This document shows, one piece after another, positions 10,071-20,700 of a stretch of DNA of 64,000 nt. The DNA lies in the NCBI GenBank assembly GCA_965649825.1, contig OZ287697.1, positions 2,094,351 to 2,158,350 of the forward strand, written 5' to 3'. Origin of the DNA: Penicillus capitatus. Lineage: Eukaryota; Plantae; Chlorophyta. The number at the start of each line of letters is the position of its first letter. Position 1 is the stretch's first letter. The translations under genes and the position numbers were made by a program. The notes below the pieces were generated by a model that did no database searches, had not been told where the DNA came from, and was given only the letters and a program-made list of their open reading frames with translations.

Positions 10071-12536
10071 GATCTAACCACCTGCATATCGCACAGAGAG
10101 AGGTAATGGATAGACTCTACAGAAGCAGATTTCGCATTCTTGCGTCTTAAAGGGATCGATGTAGCACATTTTAATTTAGCTCTGCATATCGCGCTGCTCT
10201 CTTTCGTCAGTGTCCGCTTGTGTGCGGGAGAGACTATCGTCGGGCGCGAGCATGCGTGGTACCTTTACGCTTCGCGAGCAAAGTTGACTCAACTTTTGAG
10301 CAACGCGTCCGAATAAATGCATCTGTCAAAAAGCGTCAACCACATCGCCTTTTGTAAATGTATGCCGCCCATTATCGGCATGTAGAATATCACAACAACG
10401 TGTTCTGAAAAAAGAGTCCGACTTCGTCGGTCTATAGGAAACCTCTTCTTACGTGGTATTTGCTATAAACTGGTTTTCTAGATTTACAAAAAAGCAGGCC
10501 ATTCATTCATCGTTCTATCATCCAACTAATGTGTTGAATAGAAACGGTAGGCTGCACCTGTTCTGTCGTTTTGATTGTACAGAGGGAGTTGGGAAAAAGA
10601 GGCAAGAAATCAACAGGGCACTTCAACTTTGGACGGCGCCAATGCTAGGCGTTCAAAGCTCTCGTTGTTCGCCCCGGAGTTCACTCGGAGGTAATAACTC
10701 CGGCATCATCTACAAGCAATATGTTGTGACAACGTCTCCGCAATGCACCGCTTTGCGTTGAGAGAAGAGCCAGAATCATTATTCCCACATCCAGCACTTC
10801 AAGGGCACGCTTTGACGCTTTCGCTTTCACAAATAGGCTACTTTGTGCCGCGATAACGCACTCTTCTCTCTCGAAACTCGAACGATCGTCATCATTTACA
10901 CCTCTCGTCTCTGTAACCGAGCAGATTCTTTCCGGGATGACGAATTGCATAGAGAGGATGTTGGCAATGAGCTGACTGTCGCGTGTATGACGTGCGGGAT
11001 CGAGAGGAGCCTGTGGCATCATGCCCGAAACATTGGCCTACTGCCGAGATCTTTTTTACACTTGACCGAAGTTTGGTCGCGGTGCTGTGGAGCATATGAA
11101 TTCCTGCTTTCTGTAAAAGAGATTCTAAATCGGCAGATAGGAACGTTTCATAAGTCAACAAAAATTTGGAATGAAATTGCACTTGTCACAGGAAACCGCA
11201 TATCTTCCAAGAACTTCAGGACTGAGAGTTGAACATTGGAATAACTGCAAAATACTTGCACCATCTGGAGTTCCGGCACAGAGTTAAGCACGGTATCGAT
11301 GTGGACTTGGTCATTCTTGATGAAAACACATGTCAAGAACGGAAACGATAGCTTGGATAATGAAATAATAAAAGGGCTTCTATCACCACGGTTTAGGACA
11401 ACGTGATGTTCACGTCTTGGTCACTCTGGCACGATCTCTGCTATAGATGACAAGGATAATGGAACAGATCAGCAGAGATCCTCCAACTGCAAGCTGGAGG
11501 CTGATCTCTTCTGCAAAGAAAATGACGCCGCCGCACACAATCATCATAACACTTGATGATGAGGCCATGGCAGCCTTGATAGAAGGACCAATCTGAAACG
11601 CACGGACGATGAAGACATGATTCACGCTACCACAGGCCGTCAAGATGTACAGACCGATGTGTTTGAGAGAAGGTGTCCAATCAATCTTCTCTGGATAGCC
11701 GATGGTGAGGAAAGGAACTGCAAAAAGAGCGAGAAGAACTGTCGAGTGATTCGCAATCACGACGGATGGAATGCTTCTGTCGATTTTCCTGCAAAAGACA
11801 AAAGATGCAGTCTGTTTTGGATAATGGTTGCTTTACCCGACAAGGAGGAAGCTTGTGGCTATAAAAAGGACAGATAAGAAAGCACAGACCAGGCCACCGA
11901 TGCGCTCGATGTCCCATACGAGAGAATCTTCATCCTCAACAAGAAACGGTGGACGTGCGATGAGTACATTTGCACCAATCGATCCAACAATGCCAATCCA
12001 GGAGTACAAGTCGATGGATTCAGTTCGGAACATCCACGCCATAAAAGCGAGCATTGCTGTACAAACACGCATTCGTTCGCACACATAAGTACTTGTGAAT
12101 GACCTGGATAGGTCCCGTTCAGAAGAGCGGCCTCCGACAGTGTAATGAGAACAGAGGAGACCAAAGCAAAGAACAATCCCAGTGCAGCAAACATTCCACG
12201 TAGCACGATCCATTTCATATTGCGATCCAACTGACCGATGATGAAGCCTGTTTGGTAGTATCCAAGTGGCACCAAGACTGGCAATGCCAAAGTTCCACGA
12301 GCGAAGATGGCTTGGAAGACAGACGCGTCGTCATTAGAGAGCTCCTTCGTGGCGACGACGTCCGCCGATAAAAACAAAGCGCCCAGTACGGCACAGCCGA
12401 TGCAGCTGTCCCATATCAAACTGCATCACGTCGTCTCTCTAGTGCGTTGCATTCGTCGAAGGACGGAACATACCTGACAGCCCTGGAAATAATAGAGGGT
12501 GGCTCAGGTAGTGACGCCTCCTGTAAAGATGGTAAG

Positions 12537-12675
12537 TTTCGCTTTTTGTTTGGTGTAAACAGAAGCTTAAAAGGGAACGTCAGATACAAATAACCTAATG
12601 CTGTTTCTTTAATTTATATCGATGATGTGACCCTTATTAGTCACCGTCCATGTCGTTCAGCACTCTATCCCGACA
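12537..12675 (-). repeat. 3' LTR (139 bp)
   Basis: Identical to 17141-17279; on the minus strand it begins TGTCG, ends CGAAA and contains GATATAAATT. Confidence 0.95.
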
Positions 12676-15555
12676 CGCTTCCAGCTGCGCTGTAGTCATA
12701 TGAGGGACTTGTCTCAGTTGATCGTCGTGAACCTTATAGACTTTCCCAAAAAGTAAACCCTCTACTAGCCATAGGCTGTTTCCCAGGGCCTCCTTTACCA
12801 CGCATGGCTCTTCATCCCATGGTGGGCGAAATGTGCCCGCATCAGCTTTTATTCTTGGCCTCAGCACATGATCTCCCAATTTAACTCGTTTCCTACTTCC
12901 AAACTTTTTCCTTCTCAGTTCATTCGTGTATTCCTGCCGCTTCAATGTCTTCTCCATTGCTTCTTGAATCCACCTCTTCTGGACTTCATTATTTACCTTT
13001 CTTCCATTCCTCATCTCTCCATTCTTCAACTCCGCGGCACTATATCCAGTGGTCTCATTTACCGAGCGGTTCATAATGCGAGTCGCCGTGGGTAGAACCT
13101 TCCTCCACTCCCAAGGATTCTTTGCCATCCTCTTTAGTCTCCCCTTGAGCACCCCTATCTGTCTCTCACACATCCCATTTGACTGAGGCATGTAACTGGC
13201 CGTCAGTCGCTGCACAGTCTTGTTCCTTTCACACCAACTCCTCACTTCCTTGGATCGCCATGTTTGAGCATTGTCTGACACGAGCATTTTGATCTTGCCA
13301 TTTTTCTGTCTCCACTTTCCTAATGCTCTTACTGCCACTTCGCTGCTTGGGGCAGTACAAGCCCATGCTTCGACCCATCGTGAGAGGTAGTCCACCATCA
13401 CAAGGATATATCTTGGCTCCTCTCTATCCTTAATCGGTAACGGACCAGCAAAGTCAATACCCACAGCGTCTCCAATTCCAGTTGCCGTTGTGATTCCCAA
13501 ATCCACTCTGTGTTGTACCTGTCCCCACATCTGACAAGTCCAACAATTCGCCACATATTCTTGAACATCTCTTTCCATCCCTCTCCACTTCGGGCCCCCA
13601 TCTCTTTTTAAATTTAGTACTGTTTTCTTTACTCCCCAGTGGCCTTCATGCGCCGCTTGCAATCTTTTCCTTTGCCCTTTATACTCTCCGCCTTGTATAA
13701 CATTTAGGTCCACTTCCTTCCGCTGTGCTAAAGTGGGCCAACGGGAAAGACAGTCAGCGAGAAAGTTATCCGAAGACGGCAAGAAATGCAAGAACAGTCG
13801 GGTGTGTAGAGGAAAATTAGACCACAGCCATCCCAGGCGGCGACCCACACGTAGATCAGAACGTGATTTGTACCAAACATCCCGAGCCTGGAGTTTTTGT
13901 AACGCGCTGAGTGAGTCTGTATATAAATGAACAGGGCAGCCGACAGTAAGGGGAAGAGTGTCTTGCAGACACCAAATAATAGCGTCAAGCTCACCAAGAA
14001 AAGAGCTGACAGGATAGCCATGAAGACTACGCGAGTTAGTAGCAATGATGCGGCGTTGTGAACGATGACCCGCATAGAGAAGATAGCCAGCTCCGGCTCC
14101 CGACCAATCAACTTCAAGATGAAAACTTGGGGATGCGACACAACGGAGGAAATTCAGCGAATTGCGAATTAACCGGGCAGCTACAGCACGGATGAGATTT
14201 TGAACTTCTGACCAATCAATGAAGTGGACTTGTTTATGAAGAAGGGAGTAAAGAGGTGCAAGAGCAATTCCCAAGCCAGGGCAATTGCCGCGACAAGCAG
14301 TAAAAATTCCCAATACACGCTGTAATTCCTTACGAGATCGAACCAGCGGCAACTGTGCAAGTTGTTGTGAGATAAAATTGCGCTGATGATATTGATCACC
14401 CGAGAGAGAAAATCCAAGAAACTGAACCGATGGGCGGCAGAATTGGACCTTGCGCGGATTCACATGCAGACCGGCGGATTGGAGAGCGGTCAGAACAGCT
14501 TCTAAATTGCGATCATGTGAAACGCGATCCTGGCCACCAACAATAATGTCATCGAAATAAGCTAATCCAGGTAAATGGCCAAGAATTCGGCGGATACGGT
14601 CGTTGAAGAAACCGACACTTGAGGCCCAGCCCTGAGGAAGAGTGACAAAACGGAAACGACGGCCAAAACAGGAAAAACAAAACAGGCGACTGAGGGCAGT
14701 GTCCACTGGAATATGAAAATACCCATCGCGAAGATCAAGGATGGTAAAGAAACGCCACGAAGGCTCAACAGCGCGAATAGCTGTTCGTGTGTCTAGAGTG
14801 TGCGAATTCCAGACTTCGGAATAGTGGTTCAATTTTTGAAAATTAACCACCACGCGTACACGGCCGTCAGGTTTACGAAGAAAAATGACAGGAGAGAAAA
14901 ACCCACGGTCAAAACGAGGAACTTCTTGTATAATGCCACGGGAAAGTAAGGATTCAATCTCGTGCCGCGCATGCTGGGCAGAACAATCAGTAAAGCAAGG
15001 AGGAGCACCCGAGTCTGCAAACGGGACCGGGGACTTCCAGATCAAATCGTCAGCTCTTACTACAAGCGCACGGAGTGTAGAAGACGTCGCATAACTAGAA
15101 TCATTGTCGGCAAAAAAGTACGGAAAACGAGATTGCCAAACAGAAAACGAAGGTGACGATTCCAAACCAACATCCGGGCGCTCGGATGTGGGGGAATCCT
15201 GAGAAGTAAGTCGTAAAACGAGTTGTGGGTCATTAAGAATCCGCCCACTTCCGGAAAAGGTTCCTCGAACGACTTTCAACTTAGGGGAAAGTGTAGTGAG
15301 GCGGTCGGAGAAATTGTGAATACGGACAGAAACACGACCGTTCTTTCCGAGAATAGGATTGACCGAAACGTCTCGCAGAAAACAACACGAAAACAGGCCA
15401 GTAAGGCCTCCACCAAGCACACTAACCGGAAGGACTGATAAGCGACTTTCAAAAGGTGTCAGGAAAAGAGTTCGGCCGAGTTTGAGAATAAAAGATGTTT
15501 GAGAGATACTTGGTTCAGCACCCTTAAGAAGGGCACGGTCTACTCGAAGCGTCAC
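12637..15555 (-). CDS. pol: Pol polyprotein: dUTPase-like region, RT, RNase H, integrase
   Basis: RT motifs LDLRDGYFHI, LPQGW, YFDD; RNase H VDWSG/ELDA/YTDS/ADCLSR; integrase HEGH-CWTC, IDFAG, SDNA, NGMCER. The frame is open upstream past 15594. Confidence 0.96.
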   Translation of the reverse strand: MTLRVDRALLKGAEPSISQTSFILKLGRTLFLTPFESRLSVLPVSVLGGGLTGLFSCCFLRDVSVNPILGKNGRVSVRIHNFSDRLTTLSPKLKVVRGTFSGSGRILNDPQLVLRLTSQDSPTSERPDVGLESSPSFSVWQSRFPYFFADNDSSYATSSTLRALVVRADDLIWKSPVPFADSGAPPCFTDCSAQHARHEIESLLSRGIIQEVPRFDRGFFSPVIFLRKPDGRVRVVVNFQKLNHYSEVWNSHTLDTRTAIRAVEPSWRFFTILDLRDGYFHIPVDTALSRLFCFSCFGRRFRFVTLPQGWASSVGFFNDRIRRILGHLPGLAYFDDIIVGGQDRVSHDRNLEAVLTALQSAGLHVNPRKVQFCRPSVQFLGFSLSGDQYHQRNFISQQLAQLPLVRSRKELQRVLGIFTACRGNCPGLGIALAPLYSLLHKQVHFIDWSEVQNLIRAVAARLIRNSLNFLRCVASPSFHLEVDWSGAGAGYLLYAGHRSQRRIIATNSRSLHGYPVSSFLGELDAIIWCLQDTLPLTVGCPVHLYTDSLSALQKLQARDVWYKSRSDLRVGRRLGWLWSNFPLHTRLFLHFLPSSDNFLADCLSRWPTLAQRKEVDLNVIQGGEYKGQRKRLQAAHEGHWGVKKTVLNLKRDGGPKWRGMERDVQEYVANCWTCQMWGQVQHRVDLGITTATGIGDAVGIDFAGPLPIKDREEPRYILVMVDYLSRWVEAWACTAPSSEVAVRALGKWRQKNGKIKMLVSDNAQTWRSKEVRSWCERNKTVQRLTASYMPQSNGMCERQIGVLKGRLKRMAKNPWEWRKVLPTATRIMNRSVNETTGYSAAELKNGEMRNGRKVNNEVQKRWIQEAMEKTLKRQEYTNELRRKKFGSRKRVKLGDHVLRPRIKADAGTFRPPWDEEPCVVKEALGNSLWLVEGLLFGKVYKVHDDQLRQVPHMTTAQLEACRDRVLNDMDGD

Positions 15556-15594
15556 GCCAGGCGAAGCGCCATGACCTGGCGGAGCTAGTTTGAA
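15555..15594 (-). promoter_or_regulatory. Candidate -1 ribosomal frameshift signal (U UCA AAC, 6-nt spacer, 7-bp stem)
   Basis: Heptamer 15588-15594 directly before the gag-pro TAG; stem CGCCAGG (15575-15581) / CCTGGCG (15555-15561); pol is in the -1 frame and open across the site. Confidence 0.6.
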
Positions 15595-17141
15595 GAGACC
15601 GAGTGACAGAATACCACATGACCGTCTGTCCCAAGGAGGCAGTCATTGGAGCAGTCCACCGAGATACCAAAAGTTTTCAAAGCCGAATACCCGAGGATCA
15701 CCTTATTAGTCGCATCGGTCACATAGTAGGGAATTGCTTGATTCCAGCCGCCAATGCGCGTCGGCAGAATGACCTCGCCGGTGACTTGACTGGTTGAATT
15801 ATTGAACCCACGTAGTTGAGTGTTTTCCACTCGCTTTACTCGAAGACCCCAGCGCTGGCAATACTGAAGCGGCAATAACGATACCTCTGCCCCAGTGTCA
15901 ATGAGAGCTTGTTCCTTCTCCGGCCGGTTGGCTAGGTAAGTTGCCACTTTCAATGAAGCCCGACCCCTTTGAGGTCTGCTAGACGACGACTGGTCAACTC
16001 GAGGATAATCGATATATTTGACTGTGTCCTTTCCCGAGTCTTCCTCCTTCAAAACCATCAGTCTTGTCTCTTTGGGCTTGCCCTTCTTCGCAGAGATGTC
16101 GCGTTGTGTTGCCGGGGATAGGCCAACGGAGAGTACAGATGCTGAGTCGTCCTCCCTCTCTTCCTCTTCAAACGCAGCCAACGGTGCGAAGTGATTCTGT
16201 GTTGGTATTGGGTGCGATTCCCGCACGTGGTGTGATCGTTGGCGACAGAATTTGGCTGAGTGGCCATACTCTCCACATTGATAGCAGTTTCCCTGAAACT
16301 GCCTTGCTGGCCGTCTTTGACCAGAACGTTTATTTCCTCTTAGATTCTGGAACTGGCCTTGCGATCCCTTCTGGCGCCACTGTCCGACAATGTCCTCAGC
16401 AATGCTTGCAAAACGAGGATTTCTGGCAAGTTCACTCCTCATTGCATCACAGAGCTCTCGTAATGATAATGTCTGGCCAAAACTGTCCACGTTATGGGAA
16501 ATGTTCCCTCCTCCATTTGCATCTATCGCATCCACTTCCATGGCATCCTTATCCACCTCGGCGGCAGACGATGACCCCGTCCAAAAAGTCACGTTTCTAA
16601 TGACCAGAATCATCTCATTTATCGTAGCCGTAACGGGCAGACTAGCGATTGCCCTCTTTAGTGCTGGCGGGAGTTTTCCATATAACAGCTTTATTTGCAT
16701 TTCCCTCGCTAGACCAGACTGAGTTGCCATGACTCCGAACCTCTCCGCGAACTGTAGCCAAGATTCCGCCTTTTTCTTGCTCGCAGATGCCAGCCTCTCT
16801 CCTGAAGTGGCTCCTGCAGTGGAGCATTGGGCCAGAAGCATTGCTTTAAAAACGTGCCACTTGTCCTCATCGCTTATCGCCGCCTTTGCTGCAGGGAAAC
16901 AATTCTTGATGGCCGCGGCCCTTGTCGCGAATGCAGTGTTAAACGCGGCGAGTTCTGCAAAATGTGGCTCAGCGGTCCCCGTCACCTGGCGGAAGAGCTC
17001 GAACAAGGGCGAGCCGACTTCGACCCTTTCCATGACTTTGGCCATCCGCGGTCGATAACCGTCAGCGACCATAGCGGCCGCGTTGAGAGCGGTCTCAACC
17101 TCATGACGTTCAGTGGATAGATATTGTCGCTCCGAAACCAT
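15585..17141 (-). CDS. gag: Gag-protease polyprotein, copy 2
   Basis: 518 aa, CCHC knuckle and DTGA protease; the A of the first ATG is the last base of the 5' LTR. Confidence 0.93.
   Translation of the reverse strand: MVSERQYLSTERHEVETALNAAAMVADGYRPRMAKVMERVEVGSPLFELFRQVTGTAEPHFAELAAFNTAFATRAAAIKNCFPAAKAAISDEDKWHVFKAMLLAQCSTAGATSGERLASASKKKAESWLQFAERFGVMATQSGLAREMQIKLLYGKLPPALKRAIASLPVTATINEMILVIRNVTFWTGSSSAAEVDKDAMEVDAIDANGGGNISHNVDSFGQTLSLRELCDAMRSELARNPRFASIAEDIVGQWRQKGSQGQFQNLRGNKRSGQRRPARQFQGNCYQCGEYGHSAKFCRQRSHHVRESHPIPTQNHFAPLAAFEEEEREDDSASVLSVGLSPATQRDISAKKGKPKETRLMVLKEEDSGKDTVKYIDYPRVDQSSSSRPQRGRASLKVATYLANRPEKEQALIDTGAEVSLLPLQYCQRWGLRVKRVENTQLRGFNNSTSQVTGEVILPTRIGGWNQAIPYYVTDATNKVILGYSALKTFGISVDCSNDCLLGTDGHVVFCHSVSSN
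17129..17140 (-). promoter_or_regulatory. Primer-binding site candidate TGGTTTCGGAGC
   Basis: Immediately follows the 5' LTR, starts TGG, and matches the plant initiator-Met PBS consensus TGGTATCAGAGC at 10/12. Confidence 0.6.
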
Positions 17142-17279
17142 TTCGCTTTTTGTTTGGTGTAAACAGAAGCTTAAAAGGGAACGTCAGATACAAATAACCT
17201 AATGCTGTTTCTTTAATTTATATCGATGATGTGACCCTTATTAGTCACCGTCCATGTCGTTCAGCACTCTATCCCGACA
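17141..17279 (-). repeat. 5' LTR (139 bp)
   Basis: Identical to 12537-12675; followed by TSD GTAAG. Confidence 0.95.
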
Positions 17280-17932
17280 GTAAGCGAACATCAATTCTAT
17301 CATCGCGTTCATGCAGCTCGGAGTCGGTTGGGTCAGGTGCCCGTGGAGGTCGGGGTATGTCAATTCTTTGCTCCGGAATAGGCGAAGAAGGTTGTGCTGC
17401 TAGCTTCATTCTGAGATTTACACGACGGCGACACTTTGCAGTGGCCGCTTGGCCGATAGCTATACTTATAGTTCATATTTAGGTCACATGGCCGATGGCT
17501 GTAGTTGTAGTTCATATTTAGGATAACGTGCCGCACGAAGTTGACGAAAATAGGAGCAGACAAGTGCTGCTGACGCAGCATCCTGCCGGGAAAAACTACT
17601 ACGCGTGCATCAATCACCTCTGCCGTTTTGAACCTGAAATGGCGGGGCGTTTCCGCAGGGGCACTGACAGACAACGCCATCTTCAAAGACAAATCATCTT
17701 TTTGAAGAACACAAAATCTGGCGGTACTTCTTTCACCATCCATTGCTTTGGCAAAGTACTTGCTAGATGAGAAGAGCGGACATGGATGTTATATCGACGG
17801 CTTCATTTTAGGTTCTAGGCCGGATGGACACTGAATCGACACCTACGCTCTTGATGTGCTTGTTGAACTGATCCCTACAAGGAACGTCGGTACATCCAAA
17901 ACGTGCTTCACGACAGGGACTTCGAATCCGTA

Positions 17933-19239
17933 CCCCGAAGAGTTACACTTACGATTACCTCACAACCATGGAAGACTACTTCGACACGTCGCAGATCAAC
18001 ATCGTGTTCCGAGACTCCGTCGACTACACAGACCCTCAAGACTTTGAAGCGGCCAGGCAGTCGGAGTACGAATACGTTGATGGAGGATACCGAACAGAGG
18101 AGCGGCTGATGTCGCAGTCGTGGATGGATTTCTACACGCAGTATGTCGAAGCGAAGTTCTGCTCGAACGAGATCTGCATGGACGAAGTGCACTGGTACTA
18201 CGATGGCTTCTCCTCTGCCGATTTTGCGCATCCGTCGAAGAACATCTGCGCCGGCGTCGCGTCAGCCGAAGAGTGTGAGCAGAGGTGCGAGACGCATTGT
18301 CCGCAGGCGGCAGTCGGAATGAGAGAACGGTGCCAGTACAAAAAGGACTCGGTGGAATGCTACTGCCCTTATCGACCAATGCTGACACAGCGCAACTTCT
18401 ACGAGAACCCCGAAGGCTTTGACAGCAAGATCGAGAGCTACTGGGTGGATTTCCTGAACAACACGGCGACCGGACGTGCATCCAGAGTCTTCATCAACCT
18501 GGACGAGGAGACGACGACGGAGAGAAACACCTTCGGCACGCCAAAGGGCACGCGGTCGTACGTCTATGCCAGAGGCCTCACGAGCGTGCCCAGTCAACTG
18601 GACCACCTCCAGGAGGGACGCGACATCCTCGATCGACAGTCGATCGAGGTCTATCCGTTCGACTACGTGGTGTATGCCATCGGCGAGCAGTACGAAGACC
18701 TGGCGTTGAAGACGGTAGAGGCGATAGGCATCTCCATGGCTGTCGCGACGGTCGTCATGCTGCCCCTCATCGTCAACGTCTTTGCCGCGCTCATCGTGTC
18801 TGTCTGCGTGCTGCTCTCTGTTTTGCTGACGGTTGGAATGACCAGTTGGACTGTTATCGATCTGGAATACTCTGCCTACGTTGCTTTCATTGTGACGGTT
18901 GGGTTGTCCGTGGAGTTCTGTGCGCACATTGCTCGAGATTTCATGTTGGCCGAGGGGGATCGTCTCACACGTTCTATACACGCGCTCCAGACTATGGGCA
19001 TTGCAGTATTCAATGGCGGCGTTACGACTTTTCTCGGAATTCTGCCCTCTGCTCTTTCAGATTATCCAGCCATTAGAAATCGTTTGTTCGTTCAGTATTC
19101 CATTTCCACTATCGCCGGCATGTTTACGGGCCTGCTCCTCCTGCCGACCATCCTGTCCCTGATTGGACCACCGTCCTTCTCCCTCGAGAAACCGAATAAA
19201 GATGCCAAGGATCCGCAGAAAGGAGCGGCACAGCCCTGA
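17933..19239 (+). pseudogene. 5'-truncated NPC1/Patched-like copy 2 (open ORF 17968-19239)
   Basis: Matches the intact gene's C-terminal 423 aa except TEERLM vs TEGRLM. Confidence 0.9.
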
Positions 19240-19829
19240 TGAATTCTCAGATATCTTTGGGGGATGCATCTCATTACTCTTTGTTGTTGTGTTCTTTTTA
19301 CGAGTCAGTGTGTTCGCTCTGATGTGTTTTACCATGAGTGTTTTTATTGCATGCTGTATGAGACACTAAACAATGATGAATGATGAAGGATAACACGACC
19401 GACGTGAGTTACGTTCGTTGATCCATGTGTCGACGTTCGTTAGAACACGCGACATCGTCGTGCCAAGAACAAGCCGCCGTACATATTCAACATTCAATCT
19501 GTCATATCTGAACTCTGCCATTGTAATGACTTTGTGTGTTATGATATTCCTTTAACCGAACAATCATGTCTCATCGTCTCGGCAGAAATTCAACAGATAC
19601 TGTCGATGGAGAATTCACAACACGCAGCAGATATGCAATGTCGAACATAGATGTTGCACTCAATATGTCCGACGGAACCTGCCATGCTTACAGCTGTGCT
19701 CACTCTCACTCTTCCACTGACAGCTGTGCTCACTCTGTCACTCTCACTCGCAGCCAGAAACAACACTTCTGTCGCGGAACTGTGGTCACAGCCGGAGTTA
19801 ATATGGTGTCACACTTTCAGTAACTTCTA

Positions 19830-20700
19830 TTACAAGTTAAAAAACTGTACAGATGACAATTCAGAAGATGTATTAAAAGTCTGAATGGAGTCTAGCAATT
19901 TCCGGCGGATTTCTTCTGTCACTCCAGGTATGTCTCTAAACGCAAGTCACACACCAAGGTGATCAACTTGGACAGTATGCGAACATGACGTTGCTTGGCT
20001 CGTTCGTCCGTGCTCCATGACACTCACTGTCTCGGGTCACACAAATTGCAGAGTTCTGTGACAATCTGAAACGTAAGCAAACAATAAGATAGACAGAAAA
20101 AGGCTTACGTGGTGATGTCTATGGTTCTCCAGCTATCCTCATCTCCATCTTTCTCCCTTACTTTACAGCGTTCCTGGATTTCTGCCAAATCCGGCTCGGG
20201 AGAATTTTTCTTTAAATCTCTAAAGACATGGCAGGTTGCCTCGGGAGATGATGACCAAATCAACCTGCAGAACACAAAACAAACTCTGTAATGTTATTCA
20301 AGAAGCATCATCGTAGATTACCCGAAGGTTGGAAAATGATGCATCAATACGAAAAGACGGGAAACGATATCCTTAGATGATATCGGCAAAGTGAGATCAT
20401 CATCCAATAGGGGAATCTGCCTCCCGTCTAATTCGATCAACAGCATTGGCGTCTTGAAATGCTCCTCCATGGCGGCCATTTGGTTGAATATACGGTCCGT
20501 GTCGAATGACCTGTGGAAATCTTTCACCGTCTTCCTTTCGACGGCGATGTCTGGGGTCAATATATAATCCCCCACCTACCATATATCTATTTGTGTGCCT
20601 GTGCTGCTGATTATTCATAGTCTTACTTTGAGAGTTGCTGATCGGAGCCTAAAGTTTGCACTGGTCGCCTTTCCGAACTCTCTCATGTATCCCTCTGAGC
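19830..20700 (-). pseudogene. XPF-like: XPF-like nuclease/HhH fragment, copy 2
   Basis: GDYILTPDIAVERKTVKDF; lacks the N-terminal part; clearly diverged from copy 1. Boundaries approximate. Confidence 0.75.

Larger units (their letters stand above)
12537..17279 (-). mobile_element. Full-length Ty3/gypsy-type LTR retrotransposon (4,743 bp)
   Basis: Identical 139-bp direct terminal repeats, 5-bp TSD GTAAG (12532-12536, 17280-17284), gag-PR then RT-RH-IN order, PBS-like sequence next to the 5' LTR. Confidence 0.97.
11410..17409 (-). pseudogene. DMT/EamA (SLC35G-like) transporter paralog disrupted by LTR insertion in exon 1
   Basis: Exons 11410-12536 match the intact paralog at 48496-49747; the rest of exon 1 lies at 17280-17409. 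Removing the element and one TSD restores ...DVRLPSLQEASLPEPPSIISRAV. Confidence 0.88.

Noticed and set aside
12620-12645. GTGAC-N8-GTCAC hairpin inside the LTR around the pol stop
   Set aside because: A 5-bp stem is within chance; not reported as a separate signal without conservation data.
12537-17279. DIRS/tyrosine-recombinase or endogenous retrovirus identity
   Set aside because: Has a DDE integrase, direct LTRs and a 5-bp TSD; no env or tyrosine recombinase ORF.
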